From Raja brachyura (lineage: Eukaryota): a DNA stretch of 64,000 nucleotides. Position numbers and translations under genes: made by a program. Below are positions 9,261-22,161 of this stretch, in pieces. The notes under the pieces were generated by a model, which saw only the letters and a program-made list of their open reading frames with translations, ran no database searches and was not told where the DNA came from. Position 1 is the first letter of the stretch. The number at the start of each line of letters is the position of its first letter. The DNA lies in the NCBI GenBank assembly GCA_963514005.1, contig OY740787.1:14756001-14820000 (forward strand), written 5' to 3'.

Positions 9261-11897
9261 AGGAAATGTAGAAATTTTGTTAATTAGGTTTATCCAAGAC
9301 TTAGAAAGCAATGGCTACAGTTCTGTCCTTTGAGTTCCCAGAGAGAAAGTGGGGTGAAGTCACTTATTGGATTTCCTAAGATTAATTATGGTGAAATCCT
9401 TTTACAAACTCCAAAAGATTCGAGTTTGAAGAGCTGTTTCAGCAAGTTACCAAATAAATATAAGTGCCAGTGATTTTCTCTCCAGGTGAGTCCACAAAAT
9501 AGCATAGGCAGTGAGCTCTCTCAGCAAGTCACAAAATGTCCAGATAGTAAAGCACTCGCTTGAATTCAGCAGGAAACTTTCTGCAGACCAGCACTTCCTT
9601 CTGGCTGTGGTCAAGGTATACTATACGTAAATAAATACTGCCTAATATTCCTTAGTTGCCAATTCTTCCCAAGCGCCTTCAAAGAAAGTCTTCATGTGTT
9701 CTCAGAAGTAAATGAAAATCCCCCCGAAAGAAAAAAAAACTGCAGATGTTGTAAATCTGAAATTAAAAAAACAGAAAGCCTTGGAAATGCTCAGTGGGTC
9801 AGGCAATATCCACAGTGGAAGAAAGAGTCAAAGGCTCAGGTAGATGGCATTTCATACGTTCTGTCTGACCTGCCGAGTGCTTACATTTTCTGTTTTTGCC
9901 CTTGATGCCATCTAAGATGCCATGTGTGGCTCAAGTTATTTCTTTCTGCATCCTGTTATAATTAAGGTCATAAGGGATAGGAGCAGAATTAGGCCATTCG
10001 GCCCATCAAGTCTACTCCGCCATTCAATCATGGCTGATCTATCTCTCCCTCCTAACCCCTCAACTTACTTTTTTCTTCCAGTTCCACTATAAAACTCTGA
10101 ACACAAGTTCTGTGTTTTCCCATTGTGAGAGAGAACAGATATTCAGCAAGAAAATAAGCATCAGTTTTGGGGATTAACGAGGGGAAGGGTTCTGATGGAA
10201 TGGGTTAAATTGAGCGACGCACAAAATATCAGTGGACACAGAACAGTACGGCACAGGCACTTCAGCCCACAATATCCATGTCGAACATGATGCCAAGTCA
10301 AACTAATCCGCTTTGCCTGCATGTGACCCACCTCCCTCCGTTCTCTGCAAAACTACGTTAATGTAGAATGTACAAAAATAACTGAAATACAATAATGTGT
10401 AAAGAAAGTGTGTTGGAGATCAGAATTTACAAGGTGCACCAGACTGGCTAAAAGTGCAGAGAGAACTGACAAGGGAGAAATGATCATTTGATCTGACTCC
10501 GTCAGTGAAGTGAGAACCACACAGATTGAACCAAATTAACAGTTTAAAAAATCTTTCCGAAATAATTGAGAAAAATAGTCAAATTACTGTGGCCTCATTA
10601 ATTGGACTAAACCTTCGATGTGATTCTTTGCAAGAAGGGACTGAAAAGGCAAAAAGAAAATCCTTTGATTTTCTCAACGTTGCCACATGAGGAGTGCTGT
10701 CGTTAAACTGGGTTTTCATTCTGCACAGCTTGCTGTCGGAGGAGCATGTCTGACAGCCTGTTTACGAAGTAGTAGCATTCAAAATATGTCACTGAAGTTT
10801 CTTTAAGGTGTAGCTTTTTAAATATAGGCTGTTTTCCTCTGTAACATAAATCATCAATGTGAGTAGTTTATTTTCCATTTACAAGCAGCGGGAGACCAAG
10901 GAGGCAATGATTATTGGGGCGGGCACATTATTACACTGTGCAGTGATTTGGGTGTGTTTCAGAGAGTTTATGTGTGTTTTTTTAATAAGAGAACGCAAAT
11001 AGACTCCCTTTGTAAAATCTAAGCACAGCGGTCCAGAAGTGCATCCGTCCTACTAATTTAGCAATGATGCTAATCTGGTTGATAAATATATGAGTTAATG
11101 GTTTGCGCTGAACTGGAGGGGAGAAGAACTTCAGGCGTAGGTGTCTAGCATTGTAGTCCTGTATTGCTGTAACATCTTTTCAGTAGTTGCCTACTGAATG
11201 ATACCTTGGTGGCACTACTGCTCCTCTGTGTGCCTTTTTCCCTCACTACTTGATCGGCGGTGTTCGTTTTTGTGCCATTGATCATTTTCTCTGTATCCAC
11301 CCACACTGTGGAAGAAGAAAAAAAAAACTCACGGCCACCTCTTTGCTGGGAACCAAGACGTGCTTTAATCTTCGTTTACGTGGGTATGGCTTACAACGCT
11401 GAAAGGATTGAATCACCCTTAGCCTCAGATTTTGTCAGCAGTTTTGCAGTTCAAATATCATATTTGCAGAAACAATTTTAATTAGGTTTAATGATGCTAA
11501 AATAAGGCAGTTTGGTAAATGTGATACCATTGATTGCAGTTCCTGCCATTTCTTGGCAAACTCTCCATCCTAGCATCAGGGTTTGATCCCTTAATTAGAA
11601 GCTTCCCGAGGTGGGTCTGTTCATAATTATGTTTTCCAACGAGATCTTTGTTGATTTTGTTTTGTTTATGTGTTATAAAAGAAGCAATGCTGCTTAATCA
11701 AGAGGAAGTCTAACTCTATTTTGAAGCATTCTTGAGTGCTGGTACTGAACCCTATCACATAACTGAGCAGCTGATGGATGTAGGCATCTTCCAATAATCC
11801 TATGGGAGCCACCATTTCATGTGCCCCGCCCAAAGCAGGGAAGATAAAGACTCTTAATGGTAACACATCTTTTCCATAGGTATCTTTCCCAGGAACT

Positions 11898-12740
11898 TGT
11901 GTAGGAAGGAACTGCTGATGCTGGTTTAAACTGCAGATAGACATAAAATGCTGGACCCTTCAGAAGAAGGGTCACGACCCGAAACGTCACCCATTCCCAC
12001 TCTCCAGAGGTACTGCCTGCTGAGTTACTGCTGAGTTACGCCAGCATTTAGTGCCTATATCCCTTTCCCAGGAACTTGCTGAGTTTTGATGTGACTGAGG
12101 AAGAACAGTCAGAAGTAGATGTAAAATGGCTGCCATTGCTATTGAGAATTAACTCCACAGCGAGAGATCAGGGTCTGGAGGTGTTAATCTCGCTCTCATC
12201 CTTCACTCCTCAGTCCACTAATCACCCACTGTCCCCTGTCTCGTGACTGCCCCTCTCATGTTACTCTGCGATCCTCCCTCTCCACTCTTAGTCCCAATGC
12301 AGGGTTTTGACCCAAAATGTCGACAATCCCTTTCCCCCCTCATCGATGCTGGTTGACCTGCCCAGTTCCTCCAGCGATTGTAGAAACAAGGAATTGCAGA
12401 TTCTCGTTTACATAAAAAGATACAAAGTGCTGTAGTAACTCAACGGGCCAGGCAGCATCGCTGGAGAACATGAAGAGGGGACGTTTTGGGTCGGGCCCCT
12501 TCTGCAGATTGAAGGATCCTGATTCAAAACATCACCTATCCATGTTCTGCAAAGATGCCGTCTGACCCGCTGAATTACTCCAGCACTTTGTGTCTTTTTT
12601 TCCCTTAAGCAGATTTTGAAGGGTTTTGACCCGAAACATTACCTATTCCTTTTCTCCAGAAATGCTGCCAGACCTGCTGAGTTACTCCAGCTTTGTGTGT
12701 CTATCTTCATTGCAAACCAACACCTGCAGTTCCTTCTCAC
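11898..12740. mobile_element. Nested cluster of Penelope terminal repeats
   Basis: Several copies in both orientations, including gaagaagggtcacgacccgaaacgtca at about 11963. Confidence 0.65.
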
Positions 12741-13189
12741 ACTCTATGTTGCTTGGATAGATTGACTTCTGTGTTTACATGGAATAATGAAGCATTTATG
12801 TCAAGTGAGTTAAATACTGACCTGCTGTGAACTATTCCATGCTAACGTGAGATCTTCTGTTCAATTACTAGCATGTGAGTTCCACTGTTTGGTGAGTTAG
12901 TAATTACATTGCGCGATCAGCTTAATTGTTGGAGTGTGTGCTGAGGTTAAGTGATCTCAGTCAAGGCAGCAATAGTGATACAATTTGCTACACTAACCTT
13001 GGGTTGTGAAATGGAAAATCATTCCAAATGCATGCACTTGATCAAGATTCAATGGTTTCTGCAACATAATGGTGATAACATGCAGGATAGCCCAGTGGAA
13101 TTTTCCTGCTCTTTTGGGTGGGAAGCACCAACCTACTTAAAAATTGCAATAGCACCTGCTCCAACTAATAAAATGCATCTATGAACCAG

Positions 13190-13670
13190 AGTCACCGAGT
13201 CGTACCGAGTACCGAGCGTAAAAAACAGGCCAAACTTGGACCAAATTGCCCACGCCAACCAACATGCCCAAATTGCCCACGTCAACCAACATCTAAACTA
13301 GTCCCACCTCCCTGCATTTGGCCCATATCCCTCTAAATCTATCCTATTCATGTCCCTGTTATAAACGTTTCTTAAACATTGCGATAGTCCCTGCCTCAAC
13401 TACCTCCTCTAGCAGCTTGTTCCATACACCCACCACCCTTTGTGAAAAAGGAGCTTCTCCTCAGGTTCCTATTAAATCTTTCCCACCTCGCCTTCAAACT
13501 GTGTCCTCTGGTTCTTGATCGCCCTGCTCTGGGTGTACCGATCCATTCGTCTCACGATTTTGTACACGTCTATGAGATCACCCCTCATCCTCCTGCACTC
13601 CAAGGAATAAAATCCTAGCCTGCACAACCTCTCCATATAGCTCACGCCCCTTGGCAACATCCTCGTAAAA
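13190..13670 (-). mobile_element. CR1-like LINE 3' end
   Basis: Minus-strand VSYMERLCRLGFYSLECRRMRGDLIDVYKI. Confidence 0.85.
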
Positions 13671-14019
13671 AAAGTAAAATTTTACCGACCGCAATTTCAA
13701 GGTGAATTATTCAACAAGGAATAAGGGAGAAAACATAAGGTGGAAGTGGGTGGTGACTAATGCTCTGGTGCATTTTAGTTGCTGGCAGTGAAATTAAAAA
13801 AATCTTGCAGTATCCATTTTACTAAACATATTCTCAGATGAATGAGAAGGGAGTTTATTAAAACATGCAGCAGCACAAGGCATCTGGTTCATATTTTGCC
13901 TGAAAATCAGAGTACATATCAAACACGATATAGAATTGTTGTGACTTCAACTCTCTTGAAAAAGATTTTGCAGTTGACATCAGATGGGGTTTTTTTCCCC
14001 AAGGAAATGGGATTTTATG

Positions 14020-14515
14020 AGCTGGAGCAGAATTAGGCCATTCGGCCCATCAAGTCTACTGTGCCATTTAACCATGGCTGATCTATCTTTCCTTCTCAAC
14101 TCCATTCTTCTCCTTTCTCTCCATTGCCCTTGACACCAGTACGAAACAAGCATCTGTCGATCTCCGCCTTTAAAACATCCACTGACTTGGCCTCCACAGC
14201 GGTCTGTGGCAATGAATTCCACAGATTCACCTCCCTCTGACTAAAGAAATTCCTCCTCATCTCCTTTCTATAGGTATGTCCTTTTATTCTGAGGCTATGG
14301 TCTCTGGTCCTGGACTCTCCCACTGGTAGAAACGTCCTCTCAACATCCACTTCATCCAGGCCTTTCACTATTCGGTACAATTCAATGAGGTGTCCCCTCA
14401 TCCTTCTAAACTCCAGCGAGTACAGGCCCAGTGCCATCAAAAGCTCATCATCATATGTTAACACTCATTCCTGGGATCATTCTCGTAAACCTCCTCTGGA
14501 CCCTCTCCAGGATCT
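14020..14515 (-). mobile_element. CR1-like LINE 3' end
   Basis: LGLYSLEFRRMRGHLIELYRIVKGLDEVDVER...FFSQREVNLWNSLPQ. Confidence 0.88.
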
Positions 14516-14859
14516 ATCCAGGATTTGCTTGGTTATGAAAAACCAAATGATGTAGCGGTCGTTGTGTTTATCTAAGTAACATGACCACGTATGGGCTCTG
14601 CATTGCATTTTTTGTACTCTACACTGAAGTCGTTTACGGTGAGCGTGGCAGAGTAGCAGCCTATGTTTCAAAGAGTGGTCGTTTTAATAGTGTAATTGAC
14701 CTCCTGCTTTCCTGCAGCACGACATTTTTCGTTTATGAAAAAAAACGTAGCATTTTGTTTGTGTTTGTCCCAGAGATAAAAAAAAATAGTGGATGTATGC
14801 AAAGAAAATTGGCAGAGCAAACTGTAACATCGTGTCAGTTTGAGGAGTAATGGCATAAT

Positions 14860-15310
14860 TCCACATGTCCTCGATGAATCCTTAAATTTAATTTAAAGGC
14901 AGCTCTAATCTGCTGTACTTTTTCAAACATGAATTCAGCCACATATGGTAAAATTAACCTCTGTCCTGTGCTCCAGTGCTGCGGTGTAATCCTTCGCTAA
15001 ATTGCCGCTGATTATCTTCAATTTTAATTAACTTTTGTTTTGATTGAGCAATTAGCTTTACTTTCTTTCTTGATCCCTCGTTGATCCTCCCACTGAAGCT
15101 GTCAGTTCAGACAGGGATTACATTCCACAGGGGCGCTCCACTGCTCAACCAAATTAGTTGCCGGTGCGCGGGAGGCAAGACAAGCTATTTGACCGCTTAA
15201 GCACAGGGTATCAATGCCAGCAAGGGACAATCAGGAACCTGCTGGTGGATTCCTCCCATTCTAGGTTTGACAGTTTAATGCTAATTGGAGGTGGCCTCCA
15301 CTGCTGCTGT
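14860..15310. promoter_or_regulatory. Candidate conserved non-coding enhancer
   Basis: TE-free, complex sequence dense in TAAT/ATTA, TAATCC/GGATTA and TGTCA motifs inside a GLI intron. Conservation cannot be verified from this window. Confidence 0.4.
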
Positions 15311-15314
15311 GGGC

Positions 15315-15680
15315 TTATGTTCATATGTGATACGAGCAGAATTAGGCCATTTGGCCCATCAAGTCTACTCCGCCATTCAATCATGGCTGATCTATCTCTC
15401 CCTCCAAACCCCATTCTCCTGCCTTCTCTCCATAACCCCTGACACATGTACTAATCAAGAATCTATCAATCTCTGCCTTAAAAATATCCATTGACTTGGC
15501 CTCCACAGCCGTCTGTGGCAATGAATCCCACAGATTCACCACCCTCTGACTAAAGAAATTCCTTCTCATCTCCTTCCTATGGGAACGTCCTTTAATTCTG
15601 AGGCAATGACCTCTGGTCCTAGACTCCCCCACTAGTGGAAACATCCTCTGCACATCTATTCTATCCAGACCTTTCACGAG
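15315..15680 (-). mobile_element. CR1-like LINE 3' end
   Basis: VKGLDRIDVQRMFPLVGESRTRGHCLRIKG...WDSLPQTAVEAKS. Confidence 0.85.
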
Positions 15681-16152
15681 TGCAAATGCAGCATGGGACA
15701 ACTCTAGTCAAGTTTGTATGAGTCACATTTAAGTCAGTCACCATTGGAGCCACCAAGCACCTTAGATATAATATGCAATGTATTCCATAGAGCCATGCAG
15801 GAGGAAAACCATGCAGTCCTTGGAGACCACAGCAAACCACAAGTACCATTTATATTAATCCTGCAATAATCCTGCTTTAACCTCCCTCCATTGACATCAC
15901 CAACAAATTGCTATTCAGTTTGGGGCAATTAAGGACAATTTAGACTGGCACTGGGAAGAAACACACACAATGTGTGTGGGGAGAACATTCATCGGGCGAA
16001 CGTTCAAACTCCACACAGACAGCACGGGAGGTCTATTAGCTACACTACTCTGTCACCCCATGGACAACTCACTAATGTCTGACCTCTCTGTCTTAAGGAA
16101 TTAGTCTGATATTATTGCAGCAGAAGATTAGAAGGAGCTGCTGAATATATTG

Positions 16153-16525
16153 AGGACTGCTCTCTAGTTGGTGGTAGGATGATTCATTGCCTGATAACAG
16201 CTGGGGAAAAAAAACTGTTCATGAATCTGGAGGTGACGGTTTCTTCCCAGCTGTTATCAGGCAACTGAACCATCCTACTACACTAGAGAGCGGTCCTGAA
16301 CTACTATCAACCTCACTGGTGGCCCTCGGATTCTCTTTGATCGGACTTTACTGGCTTTTTCTTGCACCAAACGTTATTCACGTTATTCCCTTCATCGCGT
16401 ATCTGTACACTATGAATGGCTCGATCGTAATCATGTATTGTTTTTCCGCTGGCTGGTTAGCACGCAACAAAAGCTTTTCACTGTACCCTGGTACACGTGA
16501 CCATAAACTAAACTAAACTAAACTA
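16153..16525 (+). mobile_element. Rex1/Babar-like LINE 3' end with an inverted 5' piece
   Basis: FFPAVIRQLN C-terminal motif and a (taaac)n tail. 16153-16218 is the reverse complement of 16236-16297. Confidence 0.6.
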
Positions 16526-17402
16526 CCGTGACTGGGACAAATGGGACTGAATGAAGTATTGGAGTAACTGAGTGGATCAGGCAGCATCTCCGGAGAACAT
16601 GAATAGGTGATGTTTCGGGTCAGGGACGTTCTTCAGATTGTCTCCAGAGATGCTGCCAGACCCGCTGAGTTATTCCAGCACTTTGTCTTTTCTTTTGTAA
16701 ATCAGCATTTGCAGTTCCTTAAACCAGCATTTGCAGTTCCTTGTTTCTACTGAATGAAAAATCATGAGAGGAAGCGTATAAAATCATGAGAGGAATAGAT
16801 CGGGTAGATGCACAGAGTCTCTTGCCCAGATTAGGTGAATCGAGGACCAGAGGACGTAGGTTTAAGGTGAAGGGGAAAAGATTTAATAGGAATCTGAGGG
16901 GTAACTTTTTCACACAAATGGTGATGGGTGGGTGTAAGAAACAAGCTGCCAGAGACATTGTATAAGACGTTGTATAAGACGTTGGTGAGATTGCATTTAG
17001 AATATTGTGTGAAGTTCTGGGCACCTTGTCATTGGAAAGATATTGTCAAGCTTGAAAGGGTTCAGAAAAGATTTATGAGGATGTTGCCAGGAATAGAGGG
17101 TGTGAGCTATGAGCTATGGGGAGAGGTTAAGTAGGCTGAGACTCTATTCCATGGAGCGCAGGAGGAAAAGGGGTGATCTTATAGAGGCGTATGAGATCAT
17201 GAGAGGAATAGATCAGGTAGATGCACAGAGTCTCTTGCCCAGAGTAGAGGAATCTAGGGCCAGAGGACATAGGCTTAAGGTGAAGGGGAAACGATTTTAT
17301 AGGATTTCGAGGGGTAACCTTTTCACACAAAGGGTGGTGGATGTATGGGACAAGCTGCCAGAGGAGGTAGTTGAGGCAGGGACTATCCCAATTTTAATGA
17401 CG

Positions 17403-18092
17403 ATTTTTAAATGTTTCTGAGTATTAGAGATATTTAACAGTTGTTAGACTTAATTGTAGGCTTGCACGGAATACAAACTTTCACCTTTGTTTCCGATCCT
17501 TTCAGAGCCTATCAGGCAATTCTGAATAGGCACATGAAACCTCTTTGCTTCATTGGTGAGACCAAGCGCAAACTCGGCGATCGTTTTGCTGAACACCTTC
17601 GCTCAGTCCGCCTCTGCCTACGGGATCTCCCAGTTGCCAAACACTTTTAAGGGGCTGTTCCACTGTGGCGACCTAATCTGCAAGTTCTGGCGAGTTTGCC
17701 CTCGACTCATACTCGCAGCATGGTCGACACAAGATCGTAGGAAGTCTTTGTAACTCTTCTCCATGCTCGAGAGTAGTGCCCGTGTACTCGAGGCCTCAGC
17801 TAGGTCGCGCCGTATGGGAAAAAATTGATACATTTTTTACTCGTAGGCTTAGTCGTAGTATGTCATCATGTTAATCATAGGTAATCAAGGGTAGTCGAAG
17901 GTAATCGAAGATAGTCGTAGATAGTCTTCAACATTGTCGAAGGGAGATCGAAGGAGGTCGTCTTCACTCTCCACTATTCGGTGTCCAATTTTCCCGAAGT
18001 TAGTCGAAGCTGGTCTTCAACATTGTCGAAGGAGGTCTTCAACATGACAGTTTTTCAAACTCTCTTAAACTCTTCTAAACTTGCCAATTAGG
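17403..18092 (+). repeat. Local duplicate of 19605-20252
   Basis: Near-identical 0.65-0.7 kb (the ORF track shows near-identical peptides at 17441 and 19642), flanked by the 19-bp direct repeat aggcagggactatcccaat. Confidence 0.92.
17650..18092 (+). mobile_element. Truncated PIF/Harbinger-like MITE (part of the duplication)
   Basis: Left TIR aggggctgttccactgtggcgacctaat; right TIR cut after attagg. Confidence 0.75.
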
Positions 18093-18839
18093 CAGGGACT
18101 ATCCCAATATTTAAGAAACAGTTAGACAGGTACATGGATAGGACAGGTTTGGCGGGATACTGGCCAAATGAAGGTTGGTGGGACTACTGTAGCTGGGACA
18201 TATGGGCAAGTTGGGCCAAAGGTGTCTGCTTCCACACCGTATCACTCTATGACTCTATGAAAATAGTTTTGCATTGTTTGTGCTTGTGTTTGACAATTGA
18301 ATAGTTGAATACAAACATCAAACAGTGAAGGCAAATATTAATATGCACATTTGGAGATCAAACTCACCAACACATTCATCTCCTCTCATTCGTGACGCAG
18401 GTTAATATTGTTATGAAGACAAGTCTCTCCCCTTCCAAATAAACATATGTATAAGATCTGACCTGGTGTTAGATTTATTAGCCACTAATTAGACACAGAA
18501 TAAGTAAAGGGAAAAATCCTACATTATGGAGCTGGTTTATGTTTACTTCAAAGCACTCAATGTCGTTGTCGCAGAGCTATACAGGATGTAAACAGGCCCT
18601 TCGGCCCGACTCATCCATGCTAACCAAGTTGCCCAACCAAGCTAGCCCCATTTGTCTGTGCCTGACCCATATGCCTCCAGACCATTCCTATCCATGGGTG
18701 TTAATACATTGGTCATAGCATATTTACACTAAAAACCCATTAAAGTCATTTGCTTATCATTCAAGAAGTGACTAGGTAGTTAATGGAAAACTGTACTGCA
18801 GAGCAGGAAGAAATCAATGAGTGGACATTCAAGGGAGGT

Positions 18840-19125
18840 CAAATCATGAGTTCAAATCCCACTACGACAGCCAGGAAATGTAAATTCACTTAATTAGTTA
18901 AACAGACCTGGAAATAAAAGCTGGATTCTTTAATGATGATGATAGAACTACCAAACAGCTGAAAAAGCTCCTCTGGTTCGCTCTTGTTCTTCAGGGAAGT
19001 AAATGCTTATGGTCTGGCTTGTATCTTTCTCAGACCCACAGTAAAGAGGCCGCTTCTGAATTGGTTCAAGAGTATTTGGTACAGACAGTAAATGCTGACC
19101 TTCTTGTGACTCCCACACCCAGTGA
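18840..19125 (+). mobile_element. Old chondrichthyan SINE relic
   Basis: B-box-like gagttcaaatccc head followed by a body also seen, reversed, near 46385 and 63530-63990. Confidence 0.45.
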
Positions 19126-19462
19126 ATGAACCAAAACAAAAATCGAGGGTGAATCATCCTGAGTGCGACTGGTGATGTAAAGGGGGCTGCTGGCACTCTG
19201 CCATTCCTGCAGACGTCCTGGCTTTAGCCAAGATTCATTGACAGGCAGATGGTGTTGCATCTACCCCGACACTGCATGTCTAAACTCCATGTGGAATCCA
19301 GCAGTGGGACCCAGTCTCGTGGGATTCATCAAACACAAGTCAAACCAAACCTCTTGGTTTCAGAGGCAATTTTCACCCTGTGGATTAGGAGGCCAGGAGA
19401 AAGGTGACAAGTTTGATTTTGTTTATTTTAATATTTTTCATTATTTCTGAATATTAATTAAT

Positions 19463-19570
19463 TTTTAATTCTCAGAAACATTAAAAAAAATCTATAACAG
19501 TTCACGTCTGATTATTATTTTTTATAACGTGAACTGTTATTGTTTTTTAAAATGTTTCTGAGAATTAAAA
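19463..19570. repeat. AT-rich inverted repeat (arms of about 45 bp, 19-nt loop)
   Basis: ttttaattctcagaaacatt...ataacagttcacgt / acgtgaactgttat...aatgtttctgagaattaaaa. Confidence 0.8.
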
Positions 19571-19739
19571 TTTGATTTTTAATTAACCATCTATGTGAGC
19601 TCTTTTTTTAAATGTTTCTGAGTATTAGAGATATTTAACAGTTGTTAGACTTAATTGTAGGCTTGCACGGAATACAAACTTTCACCTTTGTTTCCGATCC
19701 TTTCAGAGCCTATCAGGCAATTCTGAATAGGCACATGAA

Positions 19740-20880
19740 ACCTCTTTGCTTCATTGGTGAGACCAAGCGCAAACTCGGCGATCGTTTCGCTGAACACCTT
19801 CGCTCAGTCCGCCTCTGCCTACGGGATCTCCCAGTTGCCAAAGACTTTTAAGGGGCTGTCCCACTGTGGCGACCTAATCCGCAAGTTCTGGCGAGTTTGC
19901 CCCCGACTCATACTCGCAGCATGGTCGACACAAGGTCGTAGGAAGTCTTTGTAACTCTTCTCCATGCTCGAGAGTAGTCCCCGTGTACTCGAGGCCTCAG
20001 CTAGGTCGCGGCGTATGGGAAAAAATTGATACATTTTTTACGCGTAGGCTTAGTCGTAGTAGGTCGTAGTAGGTAGTCGAAGGTAATCGAAGATCGTCGT
20101 AGATAGTCTTCAACATTGTCGAAGGGAGATCGAAGGAGGTCGTCTTCACTCTCCACTATTCGGTGTCCAATTTTCCCGAAGTTAGTCGAAGCTGGTCTTC
20201 AACATGACAGTTTTTCAAACTCTCTTAAACTCTTCTCAACTTGCCAATTAGGTCGCCCAAGTGGGAGTGCCCCTTAACTCTCCTGTGTAGGAAGGAATTG
20301 CAGATGCTGGTTTAAGCTGAAGATAGACACAAAAAGCTGGAGTAAGTCAGCGGGTCAGGCAGCATCTTTGGAGAAAAGAAACATGTGACGTTTCGGGTCG
20401 AGACCCTTATTCAGGCCATTCTTTCCCATTCCCATTCTGACCTTTCTGTCCCGGACATCATCCGTCATCAGAGTGAGGCCAAATGTAAATAGGAGGAGCA
20501 GCATCTCATATTTCACGAGGGCGGCTTACAACCCAGCGGTATTAATATTGATTTCTCTAACTTCAAGTATCCTTTGCAACCCCTCTCTCTCTCTGTCAGT
20601 CCCCATCCCTAGTTGTGATACTAGTTTTACTGACATCCTGTTTAATTCCTCTGTCCTTATACTCATTGTCACCTCTCCCATGGCCTATGGTGTGCCCCAC
20701 ATTTCCTTGATTATCGTTGCTTTTTGCATATCTTTCATTTCTCCCATGTGCCGTCTATATCTCTTGTTCCCCTTTCCTCTGACTCTCAGTGTGAAGAAGG
20801 GTCTCGACCCGAAACGTTGCCTATTCCTTTTCTTCAGAGATGCTGCCTGACCTGCCGAGTTACTCCAGCTTTTTGTGTCT
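19740..20880 (+). mobile_element. Penelope-like element 3' end (GIY-YIG C-terminus plus terminal repeat), with nested insertions
   Basis: FIGETKRKLGDRFAEHLRSVR..DLPVA, resuming as degenerate HSDLSV...SEAK..EEQHLIF..LQPSGINIDFSNFK, followed by the terminal repeat with gaagaagggtctcgacccgaaacg. Confidence 0.8.
19851..20274. mobile_element. PIF/Harbinger-like MITE (424 bp)
   Basis: TIRs aggggctgtcccact.tggcgacctaat / attaggtcgcccaagtgggagtgcccct; flanks TTA / TAA; internal gtcgta/gtcgaag repeats. Confidence 0.8.
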
Positions 20881-21459
20881 GTCACCCACTTGTTCATGAT
20901 ACTTCACTGCCTGAGTCCAGGGTGCAAAAGTCAGATTCGCTTTCTGCACCCAGTCCAGTTCAGTGTTAGCGGCCATCCAATGTTAACGGCCATTTTGGGT
21001 AATAAACTGGGTCCAGGACAATCTCACTGCCTCTGGAAGCCCTTCAGTCTGCCAACTACAACATGGGTACAGCACTGAAGCACGACACCTACTTTAATTC
21101 CAAGTTGGCAAATACTTTGTTTGGTGGTGTGTAGTTGTTGGAGCAACGAATCATTTCTGGGTTTGTACCTTTATTCAACAATTCGCCTCTTACCAGTTGA
21201 TCCCACAGTTTCTAGTCATGGGTTTGCAAGTTAGGAACAAATTAACTTTGGAACTAGGCTCCCTCTGCTGGGCAGGCAAGTAATAATAAAATAATACACA
21301 ACTCCAGACACATAATGCAAAATTATAAGGTGTCAATTAATTTCAAACAATATTTTGAAATGTTGCTACGTTAATGTTAGCATACAAACATATAGTGCAA
21401 TTTGTTATATGTTTTAATGAAAATAATGTAATTAGGGTTCTATCATACACCAATAGAGT

Positions 21460-21650
21460 GGGTAGAGCTAGGGCCCCACAGCATCAGAGGCCCGGGTTCA
21501 ATCCTGACCTCGGGTGCTGTCTGTGCAGAGTTTGCATGTTCTCCCTGCGACTGTGGGTTTCCTCTGGGTGCTCCAGTTTCTCCAAGCCACAAGCCAAAGA
21601 TGTGCGGGTAGGCCGGTTAATTGTTGTCTGAAAATAGCTCCTCGTGTGTA
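21460..21650 (+). mobile_element. HE1/V-SINE (partial)
   Basis: tRNA-like head with B box ggttcaatcc, and V-domain gctgtctgtgcagagtttgcatgttctcc. Confidence 0.75.
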
Positions 21651-22161
21651 GGTGAGTGGTTCAATGGTTGAATAGTGTATACAGGGTTTCTGTCCTTTGA
21701 AGTTTAGAAGACCAAACAAATAACTGTCAAAACACGCAAAATTCTTTGAGGGCTTGGCAAGGATCAATGTGATAATTCTAGAACTGGGGTTCATAATCTC
21801 AAAATATGGTTGCAGTGTATCCTATGTGTACAGCATGTGTACAGGCCTGACTCACCCCTGCCAAACAAGATACCCATCCAAGCTTTTCCCATGTGCCCGT
21901 GTTTGGCCCATGTCCTTCTAAAAGTTTCCTATCCATAGGTCTAAGACCATTTCACTCAAAGGGTGATGGATCTTTGGAATTCTCAGCCCCAGTGGGTTGT
22001 GGAGGCTAGAGCCACTGATTTCATTCAAAACTGTTGTCAATATTCAGTCCCCATGCAGCCTGTGCTGCACAAAAAATAAATACAACAATTGCTGGCAGGA
22101 ACAAAAATTAACGTGGGGGCGAGACTGACGAACCAAAATCCGACATGGCACCAATTAGTCA

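Larger units (their letters stand above)
16760..18260 (+). mobile_element. Tandem CR1-like 3' fragments, interrupted at 17393-18089 by a templated insertion
   Basis: LYKTLVRLHLEYCVKFWAP...LERVQKRFMRMLPG...RLYSMERRR.RGDLIEAY; resumes at 18090 and ends in (actctatg)n. Confidence 0.85.
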
